DNA of 63,585 bases, counting the filler, from Choristocarpus tenellus KU-1152 (Eukaryota > Protista > Phaeophyceae): NCBI GenBank assembly GCA_964200185.2. It is 10 parts of 10 records of this genome, joined end to end, with 100 filler letters (N's around TTAATTAATTAA, not from the genome) between each part and the next. Parts side by side here need not be neighbours in the genome. Positions count along the whole stretch, not along the records: positions 35,242 to 39,860 come from CAXNAD020013770.1; positions 39,961 to 47,132 come from CAXNAD020006585.1; positions 47,233 to 49,791 come from CAXNAD020026784.1; positions 49,892 to 59,721 come from CAXNAD020003353.1; 6 more parts are not named here. The stretch is one strand, 5' to 3'. Shown piece by piece: positions 38,861 through 51,641 of this stretch; the stretch's first letter is position 1, and each line of letters starts with the position of its first letter. Below the pieces are notes generated by a model. That model made no database searches. It was not told the DNA's origin and saw nothing but the letters and a program-made list of their open reading frames with translations. A program made the translations under genes and the position numbers.

Positions 38861-39960
38861 CTTTCAGTGTACACACATATCACTTGAGGGTACAAGTGTG
38901 GGCTCTAGTCGACACAAAAACTAAACATGCAGATGGAATCAAATATACAATCAACCCTGAGCAGGAATCATAAGAAGACACGAAAAATGAAGAGTCCTTT
39001 TGAGTGTGGGCTGTTGTTCTTCTTTGCACTATTTCCATTGATATGATGCCCATCCATATAATGCTTACTTAGTCCATACTGACAATATCAAGGGAGTACA
39101 ATATCAATTCAACAACATTGCAGTCTGCTTGGGGAGAGTACAGAGATGACACATACCAAAGCCTCTGCTGACTACTTTGTGAAGCACCAGACAAAACCAT
39201 GTGATCTGTAGGGCGAGAGCTAAAAACGGTAACCTATCTCACACTAGATTGTGTGATTTGATGTTGTAAACTGAATTCACAAGCAGTCAAGCTCTCAAAA
39301 ATACAGACATGTGGACTCACTTCTACGAACGGGAAACTCCCCAACCTCAGGGACCAATGCAGTCGGGCTTTCCAGCTCCAGAGAACACCACTCTTCTACA
39401 ACTATTGGTTGAAATATGACATGACAAAATCGGGAGAACGAAATGTGAAGGTGTAAAACACCCGGTCATTCTTCGGTAACATCAAATATGCCTTTCTCGG
39501 ACTATTTAAATTTAAAAGGCTGCTTAAAAATGACTCATTCTGATAATACGTAAATAAGGGAGCGATAGCCCTTATGTCCAATTTACAAAACAGGCAAGCA
39601 CCACCAGCGAATAGTGGTAGTGATAAAGGTTCGGAGGATGTGAGCAAGACATACCTGTGAAATGCACAAAGAACTGCTCCAACACACGAACATTCAACGC
39701 GTGGAAAAAGGAAGAAGAAAAAAATCATGACAAGTACAAAAGCCAACGCATTGTCACAGTAACCAAGAAGGGTGTGTTAAAACATAGGCTACTCATTTGT
39801 TTCTTGTTGATATGATACACATCTACCAGCTTGTACTGACTGTTGATTGGTGCACTGCACNNNNNNNNNNNNNNNNNNNNNNNNNNNNNNNNNNNNNNNN
39901 NNNNTTAATTAATTAANNNNNNNNNNNNNNNNNNNNNNNNNNNNNNNNNNNNNNNNNNNN

Positions 39961-40501
39961 CAGTCGGCAGCTCAAAGCTTCATCGCTGGCTCGAAACCAT
40001 GGGGGCAACGAGGGTTCAGCGGCACATCACCCCTAGCCTTCCATTTTCTCACAAGAAGACCAGGGTGGACTTCATCCTCAACCAGATCTCCCACAAATAC
40101 AAAACTTACAGGACTGGCCTCAATACCGTTCACATCAACAAGGCGTGGCTCTACCTCATCCGCGAACGAGAGATGGTGCACATGTTCCTGGGTCAGGAAA
40201 AGGTGGACTCAATGAAGGTGCAGCAAAGAGTCACACTCCCAAAGTGATATTCATCTCTGCCGTTTCGCTCTTGGATCCTTCCCATGATTTTGATGGCAAG
40301 GTCGGGACTTGGCGGGTTTGTGTCACGATGGAGGCGCAACAGACTACAGCACGGCACACGAAGTGCGAGGAGTGTGAGGTTGACATCACCGTCGACGCCG
40401 AATGGTACGTGGAGTGGTACACAGAGCAGCTGTTGCCAGTGATCAAGGAAAAAATGCCGTGGCTGGAATTGGGGGGAGCCTCCATACAGCAGGATGGCGC
40501 A
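39961..40501 (+). pseudogene. Tc1/mariner transposase relic (DD39D plant/oomycete-type)
   Basis: VHINKAWLYL (decayed VHxDExWFY), SHTPKVIFISAV, FDGKVGTW, LLPVIKEKMP, IQQDGA. Frameshift near 40226; truncated after the second Asp. Confidence 0.88.
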
Positions 40502-41710
40502 AATGATATCCCCTCAAAAAAATTGATCACTACCAAGGGATGTCTATACTGGTATGATTCTAAAGTAGGTTTCTATTTTGTGATCTTGTTGGTTACAAGA
40601 CACAGAGTTTGCCAGGTCTTTTCATCGGGCTAGCAAATGTTAAAAGTTTCGTCCAGCGGGCAGACCAGTCCCACAATTATTTAAGATGTCTCATATTGAA
40701 CCGGTCCATGTCCGCCAGCAAAATCAGGTCAAACATTCCCCGACATATCGGTACCATGTCCACAGGATATATTACTGGTCCATGTCCGCCAGCTTGCCAG
40801 TCTAATTTTTTTCCTTGCATGTTCAGGTCATGGCCAACTATCAGTTCAATTTTTTCTGGCATGCCCAGACAATGTCCACTACATGTTACACAATAATGAA
40901 TTTGTACATTGACAAACACGTAAGATCACACATCATCACCTCAGAAATTTGAAGTTTTAGATACAATATTCAAGAAGAGTGGCAAAATATAAAATAGGAG
41001 GCATGGCCATGACGTAGCCAGGCCGAGTATAAAAAATATATTAACTGACCTCCCATAGATAAAATGTTCTAACATGACCGTGTCCATGATCGCCACTTGC
41101 TCAACATCACCCAAACCATTGGTCAGCCATGTACAACCAAGTTCGAACATGGCTGAGTCCATGGCCATCACTCACTCGAAATAACCATTTCAATATGGCT
41201 GGGTCACGGACCGCCCCGTGTGTGACCATATTATGGCCGTCAGTGGACATGCTAACTGCCTGCTCCGGGCCCCATGAAAAGCGCTAGAATTAACAAGAAC
41301 CAAGGTTTTTTATTTAATGGGTTACACGAATGTTAGGAAACGCTACTATGTATGGAAATTGAATGTCTCTCCCAAAACGCCTTACGAATTTGATACGAAT
41401 GTCAGAGGGCATAATAATATAACCAATACATAGAATCAGAGTCTATTCCATTTGATGGTGTCGACCAAAACAGAACATAAATCTTCGGGATAATTATTTC
41501 AGTTATTATTTACTATCACGCCATATCTTCCTATTGGTGGGAACAAAACTTAATGAACGCCATTACAAATTGGATCGGGTATCGGATATTCAAACATAGA
41601 CCTCGATCCTTGATGCCGATGATCAAGTGTGGGCGAGAGTCAACCCAACACAATCGATCGCAAAGAGTTGGGCGGGAGAAGGACATAGGGCAGTGTCTCT
41701 TGCCCTACAG

Positions 41711-44700
41711 ATGTTGTCCCATGGTTACCTAGAAGTAGCCGTTGCAGTAGAGGTAACCTGTTTCTTGGCTCTATCGGTTTTTAGCTTGTGGGCTTTTCTC
41801 TCTAGAAAATGGTCTGTACATCGCTCAGAGGCCTCGAGTTTCAGAAATATCGAGGAAGAGGTGGAGTCGACAGCGGGCGGTGGCATGGGCTCGGTGGGTG
41901 GTGTTATGCGAAATTGGATCCAAGCCACACTTTCCTTGGCTTGCGCTTTGAGGGGGCTGGCGTTGTTTAGACTCGTCTGGTCAGACGGAGTCATGAGCTC
42001 TTATCTCGTAATTCCAGACCTAGCATTCCTTGGTACTTACAGTCTGATTGCCCTCTTCATGGCGCAGCTACATTTTGTTTACGTCGGTCGGCCACAAGGA
42101 AGGTTAAGACCAATATTTCTGTCTGCAGTGGCGTCGGTACTGAGTGTGTCCTTTGTGATGTGCATCATGAGATGGCGCAAGGCCGATCCTGCATCCGCAG
42201 AGGCGGATACCATAACGACTATGCTCAGCTACGTCATGGCAATCAGGTGAGTCCCGGAAAGGATTACCCCTTAATATTGATATGGTGTCTAATATTTGGT
42301 TGTGCTTACATTCTCCTACACAAAAGGTTTGTGGCAAAGTTTGTGCCAGACACAGGGTACAACTCAACTGTGGGTGTTTAAACGTGGTTTGGTCTGATGA
42401 GTGGTTGGCATAATCCGGCGGTAGGTATTAATCGGTTGTACCTCTATGCTCAGATGTCGCACTATTTACGCGCCGTTGACATCTATATATTTTGTCGTTT
42501 CTGGCTCCCCTCATTGCTGGGGTCCTACATTCGTTCATTTGGTGCTTGCTCCACTCTTACCTTCCATTGCACATGACTCATACATTTTTGGCTGTTTTCA
42601 GCTACGTCTCTGTGCTAGTTCCGTTGGCCTACTTCGGAGTGCAAACAAGCAAAGCGGCGCACAGATCAAATGAGGTCTTCCGCCCACTGGTATTGCTCAT
42701 AGCCACTTGCAGTTTGGCTCTCCTCATCAAGGGGACCTTCTTTGCCCTGGCCGCATCCAATACCATGTGTGCAGAAGTCCTCTTCCACACACCCACAGCC
42801 AGGTTAGTCTGACATTTTATTGTACCTTGCTATCCTGAGTGTTGAACTGACCCTTGTTCGTTTGGAGTTGGTTAACAGTTGTGCACCTATATCTTCGGCC
42901 ATGCCGACTTACCTCCATTTCGTATCTTTCAAGGCATGAAAGGGAGAAAGTGTGTGTTGTGTGTTATTTTTTCTCGAGTCCAGCAAGGGTGTTTTCCAAT
43001 GAGTGAGAAACAATTGTTTGTGGAAAGGCAATCGCCCGTTCGCGTTACATGGTTGATGATTGTGTGCGTGGATGCCGCAAACCACACCTTGAAGTAGTTG
43101 AATAGGGATGATGATCTCAATATAAAACCAGGAGAAGTTACAAAGCAAACTCAAGGAAGCCTAACTCTTACCGGTTTAATAGCAGCTTCATTTTGAGGTT
43201 TAAGGTGGAATGATCTGGAGGAGAGGTGAGTTTTAACATCCACGTGCTTTTTTTCCGACCAAATATCTAAACCAAAGAAAAGCCATGTGCAAACATCTGC
43301 CTTTCTTTGTTGTGCTTTAATAATTTGCAATTAACTCAAAAACCCACACAAAAGTGTTGTTGGTCCCAGGAGAGGGTGGCCTTAATTTGGTGACCGGACA
43401 TATTTAGGCTTATTGGAGGTGAATTCATGCTGCTTGCACAGCTAAGGGCAGATGCGTAAAAAAATAAAGTTGAAAATAGGAAGTCTTAGGTTCCATACAA
43501 ACAGTAGAAACATGTGTGCTAGTAAAACAAAAACATCACATAGAGTTAAAAGGTGGTTTTACTGGAAATAGACCAACCACCAAAAGCATGTAAACCTGTT
43601 AGGGTTAGGGTTTGTTTATGGGGCAGGCCATTGAGTCCACCTGCTCATAGAAGGCTCCCCACTTAATCCAGCATGCCTGTGTTTGCCCTAGTTGAGACCA
43701 TATCTCTCAATTGATGAAGCAATTTAATTTCCCTGTGAGCTCTTTGAAACAAGATCTTTCATTGATGAACCTGTACAGTAGGATGTGATTGACTTACTTT
43801 GATTTATTGCTCTAACTGCAGACTATTCCACAGACCAGATCACTGTATAATTTGTTGACAAGACTGACTCCTTTGACCCCAAACTAATAATAGCAATTGT
43901 AGTAGTAGTAATAATAATATTAATGTAACCGTTCACATATTGAGTAGAGGTCTGTATGTCAGCATGAAGGTTGTGGCTTATCGTGATGACTGTTGATTGT
44001 TGAATGCACTTTTTACATACACGCTCTCCAAACCAATTACCTTTGCCTGCTTATTGCATTTTTGTGAATCATGGCCATCTCAGGCTATACTTCGAGGGAT
44101 CGCTTGCCCTGGATGAGCTCGTGCCTGCCTTGACCATCCTCCTGCTCACCAGGAGTAAAGCCCAGCTCCATCAAACTCCTGCATCGGCCAGGTACCCCTT
44201 TGAGGGGCCAGGTCTGACGGTAAGCCCGGTTGGAGAAGGGTCATAGCCACACTTATGCTTGTATGATCCACTGTACTGCCATCAATATACTGACACCTGC
44301 ACAGTGCCATTAGTTCTTTTTTTTGCTTTTTTGCATTTTCTATTCTATTTTTTTTTAATTGACCTTTTTTTTCTCTTGGGGAAAGACGGTCATCCTAGCA
44401 AGAAGGCATGCAAATACACGCTTATATATACACACAATGTGTATTTACTGTTCCAGCAGAATCAATCGCCGTTCAGATCATTTAAGAACACCTCTGCCCA
44501 TTGTGCTGTCCAATCAACTCCTCTTCTCTCCCATGCTCGGCCACTCTGTTTACTGTGGACCTGTGACACGCAAATATTTATGTATCCTTTGTTTGGGGGC
44601 ATCCTGGGACAGGGTGGAGGAAAGAACCGGGCCTTTGGTAATCCTTCCAACAGTCATTCCACCTTCACGCAGCTTTCGGGATTCAACTATGGTGCTATAC

Positions 44701-44714
44701 CAGGAGGACATTAG
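41711..44714 (+). CDS. TOM1/THH1 (tobamovirus multiplication 1 / GPR137-like) multi-pass membrane protein; exons ~41711-42246, 42602-42802, 44084-44219, ~44457-44714
   Basis: About 7 hydrophobic helices. IPDLAFLGTYSLIALFMAQLH...PQGRLRPIF resembles TOM1 'LPGLLFFSTYTLLVLFWAEIY...LRP.F'; ELVPALTILL is the last helix; the tail has STPLL and YGAI sorting-like motifs. Start and last exon are uncertain. Confidence 0.75.
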
Positions 44715-47046
44715 CTGTGTTGTAAAGAGAAATTTGCACGCTTATTCCACAACACCATTGAGGTGTTTGTGTAGAGCCTCCCTCGTGGCTGAATTGGGTG
44801 GGGAGGGGTGTAGCTGATGTGTCAAAGACCAGTGTGTGTAAGAACGGCTCGACGTTTGAGATTGAATGCGCTTTCTGTGTTGCCACTGAGAGTATGTTTC
44901 TGTGCGGTTTGTGTGTTCAGGCCTCCCCTGCTGCTTCCTTTTCGGTTGTTGAGAGTGCGTGGTGAGAGTAATCCCCCTCGGTGAGTGCAAAAAGCAGTGC
45001 ATATACTATGCCCGTATCTTTCATGTGCAGTGCTGGAAAAGCAAAATGGTATTTTGTTGATTAGATTGTCAAAATGTTGTGTGCTGATGTAGCCAAAGGA
45101 ATCAAAATAGGTTTGACTCTTTTTTTTTAAGTCCCGATGGTATGTGCGTGTTCTTTGTGTGTCTTGGGTGGGGGGGAGTCTCGTGGATGTGCAAGCAAAG
45201 GGTGATAGGGTTGTTCGACTATGCAATAAAGCATGTCCATGAAGGCCATACAACTTCAAGGTTGTGGTCAACTCTGGTGCAATACACCCTTACTCTGCAG
45301 GGAGGAATGCCTACTTATCTTTATCTCTCATAAAATTCGGTGCTGTATAGTATTAATAGGAAGTCTTTGTGTGACTAGTTTTACGGCTTTGGTTGGACAG
45401 AGTGGACCAAGGCAGTGTGTGTATGCTTCCCAGACTATTGGGCCACTACTGGTTTGGCAATGAAATTGTGGTCGTTTAAGTATCAGTTTGGTGAAGTAAC
45501 TCTTCCTGACAAGGTTGTGTTATACATCCACCTACGATAGTGTCAATAGTGGACTTGTGAATTGTAATGTGAATATTCGGATTAGTCTACCAGCAAGGTT
45601 GAGGTATGTTGCAAGACTTGCCAGTCCTGTTGCTCATGTGGTTGGTGGCGATCAATGCATGTGCAAGTAAGCAATCACCATCCTAAGCAAAGCTCTTGCG
45701 TTTTTTGTGTGAAACTTGTGGGGTACTCGTTACACCTTCTCGGGTCACAAATTGGTGTTGGATCAATCAGTGCGCCTCCAAGTTGTCTGTAGCAGAGTCA
45801 GGAGTGCTGGTGCATTGGTGGAGAGTAGGAGAACTACAGCTACAAGAAGCAGTCGTGAGTCCTTGTCCTGTAAGCATCTAAGTGGAATATGTGTTTCTCA
45901 AAAGTTAAAACTAGGATGTACATGTTCTAATAGCTAAGCTCTACATGATTCCGACATCTCTGTTGGAATGGAGCACCTTCATCACATGCCAGGTGAAAGC
46001 AAGACCATACCAAGTGAAGCGGCACCTTACGAGCCCAGCCTTTACCTGTGCAAAAATAGATCATGTATCCTTGGGTTGGCATAATTGATTCCTGGAAGAA
46101 CCATACTTCAAACATTCTTGTGGTGCATGATGGGGCATCGCTATTCATCATGGACAATTCCAGTTACTGGTTCTGTGTGTCCCACTTCTCAAGAGAGTAA
46201 AGTGGCTGAAAAAGACAATAAGCCTTCTTTGTTCAACTCATCCTCAGTAGATGTGCCAGCTATCGTGTATCCCAATGTGCAGTCACCTGCACTATACCAG
46301 ACAGGTGTCCCTCTCACTTATTTCATTGACCTGATTTGCCTCTATCCTCATGAGCACCAAAGCATCCGGCACTGAATCTTGAGCCAAAAAAACTTTGGAT
46401 TTCCAGCTCTCCATCACAAACACCTCCAGGCCTGCCGATTTTAGTGCCACACCAATCCTCACTAAGTGTAAAGCACTCATCAGGATTTCCCCCACAGCAT
46501 CACGTCAAAATAGGGCTGTGGTAGCCTTTTGAGCATGTGTAGACATTAATCCTCCCCAACCTTTTGCCAACCACCAAGTCCATTGCTACAGTTTAGTACA
46601 CAACATACCCCGCATCCTCCAAAACCAACCTCACAGTTGACACCTCCCTGCCCTAGTTCACCAGGAACCTGTGTTCATATACACCATCAAAATTACTGAA
46701 CCCATCTCCTGGTGTCAAACAAGATTTCTGATCCACCAAACCATTTTCATGTGTCAACAAATCCAACACCTCTCCACACCAAAAAATATGAGAAAGTCAA
46801 ACCCACCCATGAATTCTCTCTATGGCATTTTTATTTCCCAACAGCTTCAGCCCTGACGTGAATCATCGCCCTTATCAGGGCCATCATGTTCTCATTCTGG
46901 TCACCATCTTCCCATGCATCTGCTCAATCTCCTTCCTCATCGATCTTATCAATCCATGCCAAGTTGGTAACTTTTTAGCATTTCTATTATTCAAGTTAGT
47001 ATTCTGAGGGACTCAGACTCGTGGTTCAAAGAGTAGTCGGAGGATA

Positions 47047-47132
47047 GCGTCAAAGTATCTGGGGGGGGTGGCGGCTGTCCATTTGGGACCAATTTTTTCA
47101 TGTCTCGATTTTTGGGTGATTTGGTTCCATAC
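47047..47132. mobile_element. MITE family A fragment at contig end
   Basis: GCGTCAAAGTATCTGGGGGGGGTGGCGGCTGTCCATTTGGG. Confidence 0.8.
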
Positions 47133-47232
47133 NNNNNNNNNNNNNNNNNNNNNNNNNNNNNNNNNNNNNNNNNNNNTTAATTAATTAANNNNNNNNNNNN
47201 NNNNNNNNNNNNNNNNNNNNNNNNNNNNNNNN

Positions 47233-47296
47233 GGAAGCCAAGCCCCACAAATGGACAAACAGGGAAAAATTCGTACCCTCTAAGATAGTTTCACTT
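47233..47296. mobile_element. MITE family B right end at contig start
   Basis: AAATGGACAAACAGGG...TACCCTCTAAGATAGTTTCACTT. Confidence 0.8.
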
Positions 47297-48219
47297 GTCA
47301 CAAAAAACTGATACCCTCTAATTGTTTTAAATACAAAATCTTATATTGTTCGACATTGTAAAAATACAAATGTCGACGAAAAGCGAACTTTGAGTTTCGG
47401 ACGATCAGTCGGACCACCCGAAACCCATGAACCGGAAAATACGGGCATTATGGTTTTTAGAAATAAAAAATTCGATTATATCCGTAATTTCAATTTTTAA
47501 AAATACAAAGCACATACTTAATTGATCTTATATGTTTCAAATGTTCTGAAACTAAAAGGTCACAAAAAAATGGTACCCTCTAATATTTTTTCATACAAAA
47601 TCCTATATTGTTCGACATTTTTATTTTATACAAATGTCGAGGAAAAGCGAACTTTGAGTTTCAGGCGATCCATCAGATCACCCAAAACCCATGAACCGGA
47701 AAATACGTACATTATGGTTTTTAGAAATTAAAAATTCGATTATATTCGTAATTTCAAGAAATATAAATACAAACCACATACTTAATTGATCTTATACGTT
47801 TCAAATGTTCCGAAACTAAAGGTCACAAAAACTGATACTTTCTATCTGTTTTAAATATGAAATCGTATACTGTTCGATATTCATACTTTTTGGAATACAA
47901 TTATCAATGGAAAGAGAAATCTGACTTCTTTGGGCACTGACCGACCAATCTGAAATCCATGTTCTTGAAAATACTTGTATTCTGGTTTTTATGAAATAAA
48001 AATTATATTATATTCTTAATATCAAAAAAAAAAATACAAACCACATGCTTCGTTGATCTAATATGTTTGAAATGTTCCGAAACGAAAAGGTCCCAAAAAC
48101 TGATACTCTCTATCTGTTTTAAATATGAAATCGTATACTGTTCGATATTCATATTTTTTGGTACACAATATCAATGGAAAGAGAAATCTGAGTTCTTTGG
48201 GCACCGACCGACCAGATGA
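47297..48219. repeat. AT-rich tandem array, ~3.5 units of 262-268 bp in two subtypes, with internal palindromes
   Basis: Units start at 47297, 47559, 47822 and 48090; units 1/2 and units 3/4 are mutually closest. Confidence 0.92.
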
Positions 48220-48331
48220 AATAAAGCAGCACCTCCCAGCCCTCACTCCTCATTTTCCATTCCTTCCCTTCCGCACATACCACCAGCAGCTCTTTCTTAT
48301 CTATCCTCGTCACACCTTCCCAATCTTCGCC

Positions 48332-49791
48332 ATGTCCAACATTCGCTCAACAATGACCCCCCTGCGTGCCAATGGCGCTGCCCACGGATCGAGAGCGTTG
48401 GACAGCAATGCCAAGGGCATGTCCTCACTCCTCGAACAGCACTACCTCGGCATGTACAAGATGAAACTCGGCAACATCACATGCACGGAGATGGTGCATC
48501 CCCTGAGCGAGCGTGGCCTTGCGTGTGTCAGCAAGTCTATCCGTGAAAAAGGCTAGCTCGAGAAGTTTGCTCCGTCCATCGTCATCCAACAAGACTGCTT
48601 AGGCAACGGGGACCAGCTCACCGCCGACACTATGCTTTCCGTTCAAGGACGAACACTGGACGGAAACCATAGAATAACGGTGTTGAAGAGAGAGTTTGAT
48701 CACGAACGCGCTTTCATGATGCGGGTCTACATGGAGTTCAACCAAGCAGAAGTGAGGCTAATTGCCAACGGTGAGTGATCATTAGTGTTGTCGTTGTTCC
48801 ATGATCGCCTGATGACTCTTCTAATCTACCAAGTTGTTGCCTGTTGTTGATCTTTTCGTTGTTGATCTTTTTTATCCCTTGTGGTCTTTCTATCAGCAGC
48901 AACATGTTGCTCACTGCTGCCTGCCGCGTGTGTCCCGCGACTGCTTCCCACCTACCCCTTGCCCCGTTTGCCCACTGCACCGCCACGCTTATAGCATTCA
49001 ACAACGCGACCGATAGTGTGGTTGAGTGCACGCTGTGCGATAAGGTATATTTTCAGCACGAGCTCCAAGAAGCTATCAAGCGCCAGACGAAGAAGAAAGA
49101 AGTGTCACTAGCAGAGATCCGCAAAATGTACAAAAAGGTGAGGGAGTTGTCAACGTTGGTGGGATGGTGGCGCTCTACTCCTCCTCTTGTTGGGTTACAG
49201 CTGTTGTGAAGATCTCTTTGTGTCCTCCTATTCAACCTAGGTTCAGATAGTTATCCCGCGTTTAGCAACCCTGTCAACCAAATACTTGATTTTCGGGTGA
49301 CCATGTAGCAGTATGTGTGTGTGCAAAATCACAAACGAAGTGAACAGTTTTTTCTTTCAGAACTAGGTAGGCCAGGCCACTGAGTATCATACCACCTCCC
49401 CCGGGCAAGGTCCACTCCTTACCCGGACCGTTGCGGTGTTGCCTGAGACAATAAACGCACGACGCGTCATTTTGTGAACCAAACCCCCTCTTTCGTGGGC
49501 AACCACATGCTGTGTCTGTGTTGTATATACACGAACAATAAAAAGCGTTCTTGTTTGTTTTATCATTAGGCCAGGCCGCTGAATAACACCCACCCCCACT
49601 CATACATACCCCGTTGGCGTGGTAATAATGATGCCTCATCCTGGCTGGCTGGGTGGATGATATTTTTCTTTTCTGCCCATCGCGAAGGTGGGCGTTACTC
49701 CCCCGCTGAAAACAACTCTACGAAACTGGCAGCAAGGCGTAAAGTCCCTTCAACCAGAGTCCTTCGAGGTACTGAAGGAAGTGTGTGAGAC
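48332..49791 (+). pseudogene. Spliced ParB/Srx N-terminal-domain gene with one in-frame TAG (48554-48556); exons 48332-48770, 48995-49137, 49688->49791 (truncated)
   Basis: Reading through the stop gives VHPLSERGLACVSKSIREKG*LEKFAPSIVI...TLDGNHRITVL...VRLIAN|AFN, matching ParB 'L..SI...G.L.P..V...DG.HR..A'. Canonical phase-compatible splice sites and a helical downstream region. Confidence 0.7.
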
Positions 49792-51073
49792 NNNNNNNNN
49801 NNNNNNNNNNNNNNNNNNNNNNNNNNNNNNNNNNNTTAATTAATTAANNNNNNNNNNNNNNNNNNNNNNNNNNNNNNNNNNNNNNNNNNNNCGGTGATTC
49901 TCTTCACCACCCTTGCCTGAGTGAACCACGCCGCCACAGAATCATACGATTCGCATCACACATCTACAAAATGACAAAAACATAATAATAATAATATTTA
50001 TATTTATATTATTCCTTGTAACATTTTTCCAGATGCGCCAGAGGAAATTCATGGTATCATACTAAAGACGCTAGTTTTGTGGTCTCTCTATATGGTGAAT
50101 ATTGAAAGCGGACTGGATTGCTCACAGAATGCAGATGACCTTTTCCCCATGTCCCAAATATGACTGCATTTGCCACGCCTCACTTGCGCAGCCGGTTTTC
50201 TGAGGATGAATTTCCGCCTGCTCTCCTTGTCAATGTTAATCAGAGATGCACCTTATATTGACTTGGTCTCGAACTCCATCATTTCCTGGTTCAGGGTAGA
50301 AGGTCAACCTCCTAGTCCCCAATCTCTCCGACTCTATCTCACCTGCCAAAACTCAATATATATCAACAAACAAAATATGGTCTCAATCTATCCATGATCC
50401 TCCAAGTGACATGTTCAATTTTGCATCGCAACATAATAGATCGTGCTCGATGTGTTGTCAATATTGTCTGAAGTCCAACTATAGATTAGGTTTAGGTATT
50501 GTTCCTTGCTCCATTTCCGCTTAGTGTGAAATGGTGCATCAAACATGAGATAAATCTTATCTCACTCCATCCCTTCCAAAACACAGGAGTATCAGACCTG
50601 CGACTGGTGTGTGCCTTCCTGCGAACACTGTTGACAATGAGCTAGTGGAAGGCGTGACACTCCTGGCTCTTTCCAAGCTGACCAAGGTGCTCCAACAATT
50701 CCAAGCTTTGCGTTTAGCTGAAGTTAGCTCCGCCAATATCTTACGTACTTTTCACAAGAACTATTTGTCGAATCCGCCCCATCTGCTGTTCTTGAGGTTC
50801 TAGTGTCGGGTGAAGCACCACCTTCGTGGCATACTTTATGGGCAAGGGCAGAACACTTGCTCTATCTCTACATTAATGTTAAAAGTGCAGCATATTTCAT
50901 CATTTTTTGTCCGTGATTGCCTGTGAGACACAGGTAATGCAATAACAAAATCAATTGTGGAGATGAGAGATCACAGCTTTGACGTGCTGTACTGCTTTCC
51001 CTCCCCTTACCAGAAAACCCAAACCAACCAATAAGAGGGCCACTGCAACAAACGAAGTAGTCGGACCAGAAGA

Positions 51074-51600
51074 ATGTCTGTGTTTGACAGTGGCGACTGC
51101 AATGATGCTGGCCAGCAGGGACCAGCTGCAAGACCCCAACGCCAGCTTTATGAAGAACTATTCGACTTCCCCAACAGGTTCTTCCTATTTGTTGATCTAT
51201 AACCTCTCGGTCGACATCAGCTTATCCCTAGTTACAATAGACTTGGAACTGCTGTCCCCTTACCTTGTTTCATATCACATATGATAGCCTGGTGTATACT
51301 GGATACACTACAATGAAGATACGAGGTGGCGACTGTTTTAAGTAAGGACCAACTCTTTGCTTTTGATCAATCAAAACCGACCTCAGATGTGTATGTACAT
51401 TATATATATATATATCTTAGAAAAAAAATATTCTGTTGTACCGGAAGGACGATGACTGTCTCCGACCGCGTCAACACCCATCTCTCTTTACACTCAGTCC
51501 TTTGCTTCCCAATAATTCTAACCGACAACAACCTTAGGGGTCTTCTTACGAGTGCATCACTTTGAGTTGTCACCATCGTACCGCCCTTGCAGCAACGATT

Positions 51601-51641
<41 letters not shown>

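Noticed and set aside
38028-39653. Convergent minus-strand gene overlapping the dynein stop
   Set aside because: Some exon-like segments exist, but phases and product could not be established.
40528-41270. CACTA element starting CACTAC after the mariner relic
   Set aside because: No matching GTAGTG terminus or TSD was found.
48554-48556. TAG reassignment or pyrrolysine readthrough in the ParB-like gene
   Set aside because: TAG terminates other genes here (the lyase and the TOM1-like gene); a TGG>TAG mutation or a base-call error is simpler.
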